Counted from the stretch's first letter, positions 1 through 9,893 are shown. The stretch: 64,000 bases of DNA from an uncultured virus (IMG/VR IMGVR_UViG_3300033064_004648) (IMGVR_UViG_3300033064_004648:1-64000), one strand, 5' to 3'. Numbers and translations are program-made. Notes: generated from the letters alone by a model not told the origin.

Positions 1-376
1 AATTAATTTAAATTATAAAACTTATAGGACGCACAGATTATCCTATATGATAAAACACAATTTAAGTTATATTTCTGGCGGAATGTGTGTTTTACATAAA
101 TGCGATAATCCCGTCTGTGTTAATCCCGACCACTTATGGCTTGGCACCAATTTTGATAATGTTCAAGATCGCCATGCAAAAGGAAGAAGTAGTGCTTCTA
201 AAGGTGAATCTAGCCATTTTCATAAACTCAATGAGAAAACGGTAAGAAAAATTAGGCAAGATTATAAAACCGGTAATTTTACAACAAGAAAGCTTGCTGT
301 CAAATATAATACTTCGAAATCAAATATAGGCCACATTGTTCACAATAAAACATGGAGGGACATATCAATTGAGTAA
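1..376 (+). CDS. HNH homing endonuclease, 5'-partial
   Basis: Frame open from window start (..RTHRLSY..); VLHKCDNPVCVNPDHLWLGT HNH motif plus C-terminal HTH-like tail. Confidence 0.85.
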   Translation, partial: INLNYKTYRTHRLSYMIKHNLSYISGGMCVLHKCDNPVCVNPDHLWLGTNFDNVQDRHAKGRSSASKGESSHFHKLNEKTVRKIRQDYKTGNFTTRKLAVKYNTSKSNIGHIVHNKTWRDISIE

Positions 377-1202
377 AAGAAAACGTACAAAGTATATAAA
401 TCTTGCAGAACCATTGGTAAGTGTAATAGTTCCGATTTATAATAGATTTAATTTTTTAGTCTTAACATTACAGTCTTTAAAAAATCAATCATATGATAAT
501 ATTCAAGTTGTATGTGTGAATGATGGTGGCAAAAGTGCTGAGAAATATATTAAGGATTTAAATGATCCAAGATTTGAATACTATGAACACGAGGTCAACG
601 GTGGATTGCCGAAGGCCCGTAATACAGCCTTAAAACACGCAAAGGGTTCTTATATTTCATTATTAGATTCAGATGATATTTATATGAAATATGCAATAGA
701 ATTTAGGATGTATATGATGAAGAAGTTAAATGCCGAAATAGTTTTTACAAGATCTTTGCAAAACATTATGGATAAAGTAAAATTGCCGAATGGACAGGAA
801 GTGTATAAAACTATTCACTCCCAATTGTACTGGAATTCTGGGTTTTCTCGTGATCTTCTCTTAATCCAAAATGTTTCGCCGTGTTGCAATGTTTGTTTTT
901 CTAGAAAATCCTGGGAAGATTCGGGTTATTGGTTCGATGAAACTATGACTAGTTCAGAGGATCATGATTTTTGGTGTGCTCTGAGTAGAAAGCATGACTT
1001 TGAGCCATTAGAATTGCTTGATACAGAATGTTCGCTTCGCCGAGACGGCAGTAATATGACGGGGACAATTAACTTTGTTCCAAACTGGATTAAAATTTTT
1101 AAAAAATGGAGACATACCGCAGAAGATTTAGACTATGTTACGGATGCCCAAAATCGTATTTTGCAATCTGTCAACATTGACCCAAAAGAATATGGACTTT
1201 AA
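369..1202 (+). CDS. Glycosyltransferase family 2
   Basis: VSVIVPIYN, VNDGG, ARNTAL, LDSDD motifs; TTG start after GGAGG. Confidence 0.9.
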   Translation: MSKRKRTKYINLAEPLVSVIVPIYNRFNFLVLTLQSLKNQSYDNIQVVCVNDGGKSAEKYIKDLNDPRFEYYEHEVNGGLPKARNTALKHAKGSYISLLDSDDIYMKYAIEFRMYMMKKLNAEIVFTRSLQNIMDKVKLPNGQEVYKTIHSQLYWNSGFSRDLLLIQNVSPCCNVCFSRKSWEDSGYWFDETMTSSEDHDFWCALSRKHDFEPLELLDTECSLRRDGSNMTGTINFVPNWIKIFKKWRHTAEDLDYVTDAQNRILQSVNIDPKEYGL

Positions 1203-1218
1203 GGACTTATAGAGAAAT

Positions 1219-2148
1219 ATGACACCTATGAATGACTTAAAGGGAATGAAATATGGACTATTGACGGTCTTGCATAAAGTTAGTCGTCCAAGTTGGGCAA
1301 AAAATAAAAGTATTTATTGGTTTTGTAGATGTGATTGTGGAAAAGAATTAATTATTTCTGCGTCTCGACTGAGGAGTAAGGGAAAACGGTCGTGTGGATG
1401 TGCACGATACAATGATTTAAGTGGAAAGATATTTGGGATTTTAACAGTTCTTATGGAGTATGGAAAAGATAAGAACGGGAAAAGGCTATGGATATGCAAG
1501 TGTGAGTGCGGAAATGAAAAAGAAGTAAAAGGAAGTTCCTTAAAATCCGGGAATACAAAATCTTGCGGGTGTTTAAGTAAAAATATGTTCCTGTCTAGCG
1601 CCGAGGATTTAGTTGAACGAAGATTTGAGAGATTGGTTGTTCTAGAGATTGTTAAGGCTAATAAAACAGGATCTCATTGGTTATGTCAATGCGATTGCGG
1701 GAATAAAAAGGTTATTGCCGCAAAAAATTTAAAGCAGGGGTATACAAAGTCTTGCGGGTGTTTAAAAAAAGAAAGAGTAAGCGCTGCCCACAGATTAGAG
1801 GTATCGGAGGCGGCATTTAATGCAGTATTTTATGAATATAAAAGCAGCGCAAAAGCAAGGGGTTTTGAATTTCTTTTAAGTAAGAATAAATTTCGTATAC
1901 TGACAGAACAAAATTGTTATTATTGTGGCTGTTCGCCAAGCAATGTCAGAAAAGCACAAAACAATAATGGAAACTATATTTATAGCGGAATAGACAGGGT
2001 TGATAATTTCAAAGGATACACAATAAAAAATACTGTGCCTTGTTGTAAAGATTGCAATTGGGCAAAAAAAGACAAGTCTTTGGGAGAATTTAAAAATTGG
2101 GTTAAATTAATTTATAAAAATTTTATTAAAAACAAGGAGCAAGAATGA
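1219..2148 (+). CDS. HNH endonuclease with repeated Cys-rich N-terminal modules
   Basis: Three DL.G..FG.L.V / WxCxCDCG / SCGC repeats; C-terminal CYYC..GIDRVDN.KGY..N.VPCC..CN. Confidence 0.85.
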   Translation: MTPMNDLKGMKYGLLTVLHKVSRPSWAKNKSIYWFCRCDCGKELIISASRLRSKGKRSCGCARYNDLSGKIFGILTVLMEYGKDKNGKRLWICKCECGNEKEVKGSSLKSGNTKSCGCLSKNMFLSSAEDLVERRFERLVVLEIVKANKTGSHWLCQCDCGNKKVIAAKNLKQGYTKSCGCLKKERVSAAHRLEVSEAAFNAVFYEYKSSAKARGFEFLLSKNKFRILTEQNCYYCGCSPSNVRKAQNNNGNYIYSGIDRVDNFKGYTIKNTVPCCKDCNWAKKDKSLGEFKNWVKLIYKNFIKNKEQE

Positions 2149-3371
2149 ATCTCGTTTACGTGTACGCGGACCAGCCACAAACTGAAAATTGTTCAAAATG
2201 GAATTGTTATTATCCAGCGGAAGCGGTCAATAGAACTAAAGATCATCGTGCTAGTATTATGCACGTTAATCAATTCTCACAAAATACTTCAGAAGTAAAT
2301 AAAATGTGTGCAAAGGCCGATATTCTTATCATTGAAAGAAATTTATTTGGCGACGTGCTTACTTTTATGACTTATTGGCGCATTAGAAATAAAACTGTAT
2401 TGGCAATTTTTGATGATGGTTATGATTGTATGACGGAAGACAATCCTGCATATGCATTTTGGCATCGAAATGAAATAAAAGTTATAGCGAACAATATTGC
2501 CAACAGTACTCTTAACCAAATGAATTCTCAAAAACAAAACAATGTTTTATGGAATAATATCCCTATGGAAGATAGAGACAAAATGATTGCGTTAGCTACA
2601 TCAATGTTTGAAGGGAAGATGCCCATAGGACCAGAAACTAAAGTTTCAGATATTCCCTTTATGTCACAATTCAAATGGGGTTTAAAAATAGCAAAAGGAA
2701 TACAAGTTCCGTCTAAGCGATTAGCTAATGACTGGAAAAAATATAACAAAACTTATTTTGTACATAATTATCTTGATATCAAACAATATATGAATGTTGA
2801 ACCATTAATAAAACACGATGATATATTTATTGGTTGGTGCGGAAGCCTGACTCACCTGCCCAGTTTTGTTGAAAGTGGCGCTATAGAAGCAATTAAAAAC
2901 ATTGTCGCTAAATACAATAATGTAAAACTATTAATAGGTGGAGACAAAAAAGTATTTGATGCAATAGACATTCCAGAGGATAAGAAAATATTTCAAAAAT
3001 ATGTTCCTCATGAGCAATGGACTAGCCTGTTAAAATCTATCGATATAGGATTGGCGCCATTGGCAACTGTTTATGATCGCAGACGCAGTTGGATTAAGGC
3101 ACTTGAATATATGGCTCTTAAGACACCATGGATTGCATCAGACTTTCCTCCATATAAAGAATTACAAGGTTACGGAAAAATAGTTCAAAATTCAGTTGCT
3201 TCATGGGAAAATGCATTAGCGGACATGATTGACAATTTGCAAGACCATAGAGATAAAGCAGCAGCCGAACCATATGACTTTGCATTAACTCAAACCACCG
3301 ACAAGAATATCTTGAAAACTATTGCCTTATACCAAAAAATTATTGATGCGCCTTATCGCTGGCCAGCTTGA
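2145..3371 (+). CDS. GT-B fold glycosyltransferase (GT4-like)
   Basis: IGWCGS.TH, DIGLAPL, K.LEYMAL..P.IASD..PY motifs. Confidence 0.8.
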   Translation: MNLVYVYADQPQTENCSKWNCYYPAEAVNRTKDHRASIMHVNQFSQNTSEVNKMCAKADILIIERNLFGDVLTFMTYWRIRNKTVLAIFDDGYDCMTEDNPAYAFWHRNEIKVIANNIANSTLNQMNSQKQNNVLWNNIPMEDRDKMIALATSMFEGKMPIGPETKVSDIPFMSQFKWGLKIAKGIQVPSKRLANDWKKYNKTYFVHNYLDIKQYMNVEPLIKHDDIFIGWCGSLTHLPSFVESGAIEAIKNIVAKYNNVKLLIGGDKKVFDAIDIPEDKKIFQKYVPHEQWTSLLKSIDIGLAPLATVYDRRRSWIKALEYMALKTPWIASDFPPYKELQGYGKIVQNSVASWENALADMIDNLQDHRDKAAAEPYDFALTQTTDKNILKTIALYQKIIDAPYRWPA

Positions 3372-3396
3372 CAAAATAATAATTATGTGATAGAAT
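3368..3396 (+). promoter_or_regulatory. sigma70-type promoter
   Basis: TTGACA-17bp-TAGAAT with TG at extended -10. Confidence 0.75.
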
Positions 3397-3401
3397 AAAT
3401 T

Positions 3402-3974
3402 ATGAAAAAAAATATAATAGAATCAGACAACAAAACATATGATACAGTTGGTGAAATGTTTGATGACATGAAAAAAGAATTCAAAAATAATCATCCGTTT
3501 CAATATTGGATTGACCATTCTTTGTTTTCGGCGAAAGGATTTTTTGGTTATGCACCACACGTCTTTTTTATACGACCATGGATAGCCATAGAATTTGTTT
3601 GGGGGCATGTAGTATGGGCTTGGCAAAGAGTGTTTAATGGCTATGATGATCGTGTTATATGGGGTATAGATTTTTATTTATCTCGAATGATGCCGCTTTG
3701 GTTACAACAACTGAAGGAGAAAAAACATGGGGTTCCTGGAATAATGTTTGAAGAAGAAGATCATGATAAAAACGGGAATGTTTTAGACGATTCATTAGAA
3801 AAAAGATTAAAAGAATACAATGCTATTCTTGACAAAATTATTTTGGGTTTTAAATCTTATACTGAATTAGACAACCGGTGTGATATTAGGAGCAAAGAAT
3901 ATAAAGTTTTACGGAAAAATTTTGATCAGGGATTTGATTTGCTAAAAAAATATTATGGTACTTTATGGGATTGA
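3402..3974 (+). CDS. Hypothetical phage protein
   Basis: 190-aa ORF directly after a promoter. Confidence 0.7.
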   Translation: MKKNIIESDNKTYDTVGEMFDDMKKEFKNNHPFQYWIDHSLFSAKGFFGYAPHVFFIRPWIAIEFVWGHVVWAWQRVFNGYDDRVIWGIDFYLSRMMPLWLQQLKEKKHGVPGIMFEEEDHDKNGNVLDDSLEKRLKEYNAILDKIILGFKSYTELDNRCDIRSKEYKVLRKNFDQGFDLLKKYYGTLWD

Positions 3975-4027
3975 ATGAAAGAAAAAACACAATAAAATAC
4001 AGGTTTTATGTGGTTTAGAAAGGAAAA

Positions 4028-4186
4028 ATGACTATTGAAAGTCAGTTTGATAATGAATATGATTGTATAGAACAAGAATTTGAAGAAGGTTTGATTGATG
4101 AAGATGAATATATTCGGCGCATGAAAAATCTTGAAGAAGAAGGAAGGCAAGCGAATATATTCGCAGACAACGATTTGCCTTTTTAG
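4028..4186 (+). CDS. Small acidic protein (52 aa) ending DNDLPF
   Basis: Below the ORF-track cutoff; AAGGA RBS; lies exactly between two palindromic sites. Confidence 0.65.
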   Translation: MTIESQFDNEYDCIEQEFEEGLIDEDEYIRRMKNLEEEGRQANIFADNDLPF

Positions 4187-4233
4187 CAATAAAACTAAAT
4201 AAAATTCAGATTTTATTGTATAAGGAGTAATAA

Positions 4234-4476
4234 ATGAACAAAGTGGTAGGCGAATATTCAACAGTAATTGAATTTGAAAATGAAGAGCCAAAAGAAATTT
4301 GCAAATTAGGTCTTGGCCAAGAATGTTGTGCCTTTCTGGTTTGTGGATTTACCGGATTTGAATGTTGGAGAATGAATTACCCCGACAATACAACAATTTT
4401 TAGTAGATTGGAAGCGGGAACAATGAACGCAAAAGGAATAGGAGAATGGGCAGGATGTCCTTGGAAAGATGAATAA
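4234..4476 (+). CDS. Cys-rich hypothetical protein
   Basis: AAGGAG RBS. Confidence 0.65.
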   Translation: MNKVVGEYSTVIEFENEEPKEICKLGLGQECCAFLVCGFTGFECWRMNYPDNTTIFSRLEAGTMNAKGIGEWAGCPWKDE

Positions 4477-4690
4477 ATTTCAAAAACTGTGGTATAATAC
4501 AATAGGGAAAATAGCTAATGCAAGAATCAGATTCTTCGTCAGGATGGCAGGATTTTGCAATGTAGATATGATGAAGATTGTTTGTACAAATAAACATGAT
4601 CAAACAACTGTCACTATGGATAGGGATGGAGCCATTCATAGAATTATTAGTATGAAAATCAATATAGATGTTGATAAAATTTTAAATTAA
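4469..4690 (+). CDS. Hypothetical protein
   Basis: Overlaps the previous stop, operon-like. Confidence 0.55.
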   Translation: MNKFQKLWYNTIGKIANARIRFFVRMAGFCNVDMMKIVCTNKHDQTTVTMDRDGAIHRIISMKINIDVDKILN

Positions 4691-4701
4691 TATGAGGTAA
4701 T

Positions 4702-5103
4702 ATGTCTGCTGATAATGGAATTTATATTCTTGAAATGAAAGATCAATCAAGAGTTATTCATACTCAAAATATTGAAAACCTATGGTAGTCTAATTTAGCC
4801 AATAGGATGTGCAAAAATATGGTTCCTACACGTATCATAGATTATTATGGTGACGCAAAATCAATGACTACTTCAGAAGCAAATGCTAAGGCAAGAGATA
4901 TTTATGATGAAATTATGGATGATGATTTTTGTCCCATAGTAGAATATGGAATTTGTTATTTTAAAATAAATAAAACTTGGAAACAAATTTTCAAAGAGGC
5001 TAAGAAATTGGCGACTAAAGAACTAAAAATCTTGCAAAAAAATAATGAAGATAATTTCTATGAACATGAAATTAGGGTGTTGCAAAATATAATAAAAGAG
5101 TAA
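4702..5103 (+). pseudogene. Phage protein (MSADNGIYIL...VEYGI) interrupted by in-frame TAG at 4786-4788
   Basis: GAGG RBS and ATG at 4702 in frame with ORF 4807..5103; single TAG. Confidence 0.65.
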
Positions 5104-5130
5104 TTTTATTTGGTTTAAAAAGAAAATGAA

Positions 5131-5403
5131 ATGAAAAAAATAACTAAACACTTTATTTGGGCAAATATATTCGATGCTATTAGCACAGGTTTTGCCTTAA
5201 GCCAAGGCTGTGTCGAGATGAATATTCTTGTGAATAGGTATGGATGGATTGTTGGCTGCGTAGCTAAAATCTTGGCGACAATACTTGTGGCCTATGTTTT
5301 AGAAAGAGTCAAAGAGTGGTGGTTTTTTTGGGTTCTTCCTATACTTATATGGTTGATTGTTGTATGGAATATTTTCAATGGTATTATGGTGGCAACACAA
5401 TAA
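5131..5403 (+). CDS. Small membrane protein
   Basis: Hydrophobic segments; bounded by two palindromic sites. Confidence 0.65.
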   Translation: MKKITKHFIWANIFDAISTGFALSQGCVEMNILVNRYGWIVGCVAKILATILVAYVLERVKEWWFFWVLPILIWLIVVWNIFNGIMVATQ

Positions 5404-5437
5404 AATAACTATTTTATGTGGTTTAAGAAGAGGAAAG

Positions 5438-5656
5438 ATGAAAATAAAAAACACTTATAGAAAATTAAACAAAGTAGAATATAGTTTTTCTAAACAAGAT
5501 ATTTTAAAAGCATTATCGAATCATTTTAAAATAAAAGTTGTGAATGAAAAATATGATTTTAGTATCTTTGAAGAACTTGATGATGCCAAAGGTTTTGGTT
5601 CAGGAACGTGTGCATCATTGGTAGTATCTTATGAAGAACCAAGAGAGGAAAAATGA
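5438..5656 (+). CDS. Hypothetical protein
   Basis: GAGGA RBS after a site. Confidence 0.6.
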   Translation: MKIKNTYRKLNKVEYSFSKQDILKALSNHFKIKVVNEKYDFSIFEELDDAKGFGSGTCASLVVSYEEPREEK

Positions 5657-5904
5657 AATTTAGAAAGAAACCAATAGTCGTTGAGGCCGAACAGTTTACA
5701 ATGGATTCAAAAGATCAAGTGTTTAATTGGGTAAACTGCAATAGATATGCCGACTTTGTTGACGGCAAACCTGTATTGATAATACAAACACTTGAAGGCG
5801 ATATGACTGTAAGCATTGGCGATTGGGTTATCGAAGGTATCAATGGAGAATTTTATCCTTGCAAACCAGATATTTTTGAAAAGACTTATGAAAAGGTAGA
5901 ATAG
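5653..5904 (+). CDS. Conserved phage protein (KFRKKP..VEA..IQTLEG..GDW..GEFYPCKPDIF family)
   Basis: Recognisable widespread phage family motif. Confidence 0.8.
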   Translation: MKFRKKPIVVEAEQFTMDSKDQVFNWVNCNRYADFVDGKPVLIIQTLEGDMTVSIGDWVIEGINGEFYPCKPDIFEKTYEKVE

Positions 5905-5930
5905 CAGAATGACTTTATGAGGAAAAAATA

Positions 5931-7196
5931 ATGAAAGAATTTTTTGAAAATTTCTTAAAAATATTACAAGAAAACCAGGTTCTTTTGACCACATTAGGTA
6001 TCGGTGGTGCTGGAACAATTATAATGTGGTTGAAGGGTGTGCCCCAAACATTTTTCAATTTATTAAAAAGAGAATTTACAACCGAGATGACTATCACTAG
6101 TCAAAATATTTCATTTTTTAATGTTATAAAATTGTTAGAAAAAACCTACGCAGATAAAAAATGGAGAAAATTAAAAGTTATGAACGGAAGATGGGGGGCT
6201 GAAGAAACTGTTCTTGGGATTGGATATGGACATCATACTTTGATATACAAAAAAAACCTTCTTTTTATAACCTTGGTAAAAGAATCTGCAAATCAAACCA
6301 ATTATGACAAAGATTCACTAACTTTTTTAAAGTTGGGCAGAGACTATGGACTTTTTAAACAAATTATAAGTGATGCTGATGAAATAGCAGAAGATAAAAG
6401 TTCTAACAAAATATACAAAATGGAGGACGGATGGCGCTATGTAAAAGACCAGAAAAAAAGGGCTTTAAGTAGTGTGTTTTTAGAAAAAACTAAGAAGAAA
6501 TATTTATTAGAAACCATAGATAAATTTATATCTAGCGAAGAATGGTATCTTTCACATGGTATTCCTTATCAATTAGGAATATTGTTATATGGTTCGCCTG
6601 GAACAGGTAAGACTAGCTTAATTAAGGCAATAGCGGCATATTTAAACTACTCAATTTATTATTTACCTAGTTCAAGATTATACAAAATTGAAAAAGCAGT
6701 GTCTTTATTGCCAGACAATTCTATTTTGGTGATTGAAGATATTGATACTAATGATATTACTAATAGAAGAGACAATGGATGGGATCAACCAGACGTACCC
6801 GAAGGTGCAAGTGGGACTGCTCCAACAACATCCAATAACAAATCTTCTGATGATAGAGACTTTGAAACTTTTTTGAAGATGGGATTGTCCGAGATACTAA
6901 ATTCTTTAGATGGCATTTTTGCTACTCACGGAAGAATTTTAATTGCTACCACAAACTACCTAGAATCATTGGATTCTGCATTAATTCGTCCTGGCAGAAT
7001 AGATATAAAAATAGAAGTAGGATATGTAAACAACGAAGTATTGAAAGAGTTTTGCAATAGTTTCTTTCCCGAAAACAAAATTAATTTTGATGAAATAAAG
7101 ATTAAGAAAAATAAACTTACCGTAGCATTATTGCAAAATATGATACTTGAAGGTAAAACATTACAAAATATTTTAGACTTTGTAGAAACCCAATAA
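5931..7196 (+). CDS. BCS1-like AAA+ ATPase with N-terminal TM segment
   Basis: WY..HGIPY.LGILLYGSPGTGKTS, IEDID, LSEILNSLDG, TTN..E.LD.ALIRPGRID. Confidence 0.85.
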   Translation: MKEFFENFLKILQENQVLLTTLGIGGAGTIIMWLKGVPQTFFNLLKREFTTEMTITSQNISFFNVIKLLEKTYADKKWRKLKVMNGRWGAEETVLGIGYGHHTLIYKKNLLFITLVKESANQTNYDKDSLTFLKLGRDYGLFKQIISDADEIAEDKSSNKIYKMEDGWRYVKDQKKRALSSVFLEKTKKKYLLETIDKFISSEEWYLSHGIPYQLGILLYGSPGTGKTSLIKAIAAYLNYSIYYLPSSRLYKIEKAVSLLPDNSILVIEDIDTNDITNRRDNGWDQPDVPEGASGTAPTTSNNKSSDDRDFETFLKMGLSEILNSLDGIFATHGRILIATTNYLESLDSALIRPGRIDIKIEVGYVNNEVLKEFCNSFFPENKINFDEIKIKKNKLTVALLQNMILEGKTLQNILDFVETQ

Positions 7197-7221
7197 AAGA
7201 ATGATTTTATGAGATAAGATA

Positions 7222-7407
7222 ATGTATAAATATAAACATACCATCACAAAAGAAATTATTGAGATAGAAGATATTATTGTTGATAGCAATATAAATTATT
7301 TCGATTCTCAGTTTGTTGAATGGTGGTGCCACATAAATGACATAACTAAAGAAATAGATAAATGGTCTGCAACTTATACGATTAGTGATAACGGTATGTT
7401 TAAGTAA
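7222..7407 (+). CDS. Hypothetical protein
   Basis: Short ORF after a site. Confidence 0.5.
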   Translation: MYKYKHTITKEIIEIEDIIVDSNINYFDSQFVEWWCHINDITKEIDKWSATYTISDNGMFK

Positions 7408-7408
7408 A

Positions 7409-7983
7409 ATGAAGTATCAAACAACGAAAGAGATCGAATTTGCTTGTATTAAACATGTTTGGAACGGCGGATCTTATCTTATAATCCCGAATGTAAAAGA
7501 TGGGTTCTTTGGGAAAAGAGAAGCTGACTTATTGGTTATTACTCCATCAAATTATCTGTTTGAAATTGAAATCAAGATAAGTATGGCTGACCTAAAAAAG
7601 ATGGTCAAAAAAATTTATTGCTACAAGATATATACTCTAATGATCTTAGAATCAAGAAAAAAATTTTTGCAATACCTGAAGAAATGTTTAATAAATATGA
7701 AGATAAAATAATTAAGTTATTGCCTAATTATGCAGGTTTATGGGTGGTTAAGAAATCAGGTGGTTATGTGGTTGAGAAATTAAAGGCTAAAAATAAAATA
7801 GGTGCCCGTAAATTGTCCGACAAAGAAAAAAATACTTTAATGAGACTAGGTTGTTTGAGGCTTTGGGGAATAAAGGGAAAATCTGTAGAGATTGACAGTA
7901 TTAAAAAAGATATAAGAAAGGTATTAAAAGGCGAAGATGTCAAAATATTGAAACAATATGTTGAAAAAAAGAAATATTGGTAG
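7409..7983 (+). CDS. PD-(D/E)XK / MmcB-like nuclease split by a -1 frameshift at 7594-7600
   Basis: READLL..EIEIKIS.ADLKK in frame 0 continues as DGQK...KIFAIPE..LP.YAGL in the -1 frame. Confidence 0.7.
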
Positions 7984-8008
7984 TATTTACCCTTGAAGAA
8001 AAATAGAC

Positions 8009-8728
8009 ATGATAATATATTTAACGACCAATAATATAAAAGGTAAAGTATACGTCGGCAAGCTGGTTGACGAAAGTAAGTCAACTTATCTCGGTTCTGG
8101 AACATGTGTTGGACGAGCGATCAAGCAATACGGTAAAGAAAATTTTAGCAGAATAACCTTAGAAGGCGGAATTACTGACCATGATTATTTGTGCAAAAGA
8201 GAAATTTATTGGATAGAATTCTATGATTCTACTAATCCAGAGATAGGATATAACCTTAGCGAAGGCGGACGCGGAGGTTATTCTGGATGTAAACATACGC
8301 CAGAAACACTTGAAAAAATGTCCGAAGCACAAAAGGGCGAAAACCACCCCATGTATGGGAAAAGAGGAAAAGAAACAGGTATGTTTGGAAAACACCATAC
8401 GGAAGAGGCGCGTAAAAAAATGTCTGAAGCAAACAAAGGCAAAAATCATCCAATGTACGGAAAACATCACACAGAAGAAGCATGTAAAAACATGTCTAAG
8501 TCGGCCAGAAATAGACCTCCTGCGTCTGAAGAAACATGCAAGAAAATATCGGAATCGAAAAGGGGAATAAATAATCCCAATGTCCTTGAAAAGGGAATGG
8601 TGTTGAATGTTTTAAAACTATTGAAAGATAATGTTTCTATGAAAAATATAACTAAAGAATTAAAAGTTTGCAATAGAACTATCCACAAAGTTAAAAACGG
8701 TGGCTATGATGATATTTATGATTTGTGA
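8009..8728 (+). CDS. GIY-YIG homing endonuclease with NUMOD3 repeats
   Basis: IIYLTTN..GKVYVG, YLGSG, GYNL; HPMYGK/HTEE repeats. Confidence 0.9.
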   Translation: MIIYLTTNNIKGKVYVGKLVDESKSTYLGSGTCVGRAIKQYGKENFSRITLEGGITDHDYLCKREIYWIEFYDSTNPEIGYNLSEGGRGGYSGCKHTPETLEKMSEAQKGENHPMYGKRGKETGMFGKHHTEEARKKMSEANKGKNHPMYGKHHTEEACKNMSKSARNRPPASEETCKKISESKRGINNPNVLEKGMVLNVLKLLKDNVSMKNITKELKVCNRTIHKVKNGGYDDIYDL

Positions 8729-8735
8729 AAGTGTC

Positions 8736-8764
8736 TTGACAAAACGCAAATAGTATGATATGAT
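8736..8764 (+). promoter_or_regulatory. sigma70-type promoter of the recombinase gene
   Basis: TTGACA-17-TATGAT. Confidence 0.75.
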
Positions 8765-8790
8765 ACTATCATTAACTATGGAGGTTTTCG

Positions 8791-9708
8791 GTGAATAAAT
8801 CTTTTATTGAATTAGAAAAATATTATGAATTAAAATCCATTGATTGTACTAAGGCGACCCTTTTTTATTATAAAAATACACTTGATAAATTTGTTTTATA
8901 TTTTGATATAAAAAACATTAGTGATTTATCAAATATAAAATCCGAGGATATACAACAGTACATGTATTTCTTAGCCAATAATAAAAATGCTAAAAATTCT
9001 AATACTGCAAAAAATTCCGCCAATGCTCATTTTCGGGTTATTAAAGCTTTCTGTAACTGGTTAATAGAACAAGATTATCTTGCAAAATCACCATGTGAAG
9101 GTATTAAACAATTTAAGATAGCTAAAGAAATAAAATTTTATTTAAAGAAAGATGAAATAAAATCTATTTTGTTGAATTGTAGAAGCGCAAAAGATAAACT
9201 TATAATTGCTCTATTATTATATACCGGTATTCGTGTTGGGGAAATATCCAAGATAAAAATTTCTGATATTGACGATAACCATCTTTTGATTCACGGCAAG
9301 GGACGTAAGGAGAGAAATGTAATTCTGATTCCTTATATTATAGATTTATTAGGAAAATACTTAGAAACAAGATCAGATGAAAACGAATTTTTACTTGTTT
9401 CTAGAAAGAATTTTGGAAAAAGGTCAAGGGAATTACACAGTGTTACACCCCAAGCTGTCAGAGATGTTATTAAAAAAATAGCCAAAAGATCTGACATTGA
9501 TACAAATAGAATAAATAACATTACGCCCCATACATTTAGACGAACGTTTGCTGTCAATCTTGCCAAAAATGGACACGCTTCTTCTTTTCAAATTCAAAAA
9601 GCATTGGGGCATTCAAATATTCAAACTACCCAAATTTATCTTGAGGCGGCCGGAGCCGAGATTTCAGATTCGGCATTATTAGGTCAGGTTGTGCCTATTG
9701 GAATATAA
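8791..9708 (+). CDS. Tyrosine recombinase (XerC/D-like)
   Basis: LYTGIRVGE (R), HGKGRKER (K), TPHTFRR (HxxR), LGHS, TTQIY (Y); N-terminal core-binding domain. Confidence 0.95.
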   Translation: MNKSFIELEKYYELKSIDCTKATLFYYKNTLDKFVLYFDIKNISDLSNIKSEDIQQYMYFLANNKNAKNSNTAKNSANAHFRVIKAFCNWLIEQDYLAKSPCEGIKQFKIAKEIKFYLKKDEIKSILLNCRSAKDKLIIALLLYTGIRVGEISKIKISDIDDNHLLIHGKGRKERNVILIPYIIDLLGKYLETRSDENEFLLVSRKNFGKRSRELHSVTPQAVRDVIKKIAKRSDIDTNRINNITPHTFRRTFAVNLAKNGHASSFQIQKALGHSNIQTTQIYLEAAGAEISDSALLGQVVPIGI

Positions 9709-9893
9709 TAAAAGGAGAACTTATTATGGTTGGTATTTTAAGATTTATCAGCAACATGTTCGTGACACTTATAGTTGTTCAGGAATTGTTTTTTCCAGAA
9801 TTACTTAAACCTTGGGCATGGTATAAATGGGTGTTCTTGGCAATTGGTGTTATTATTGTTAATTATCAAGAATAGTAATAAAAGGAGGATTTT

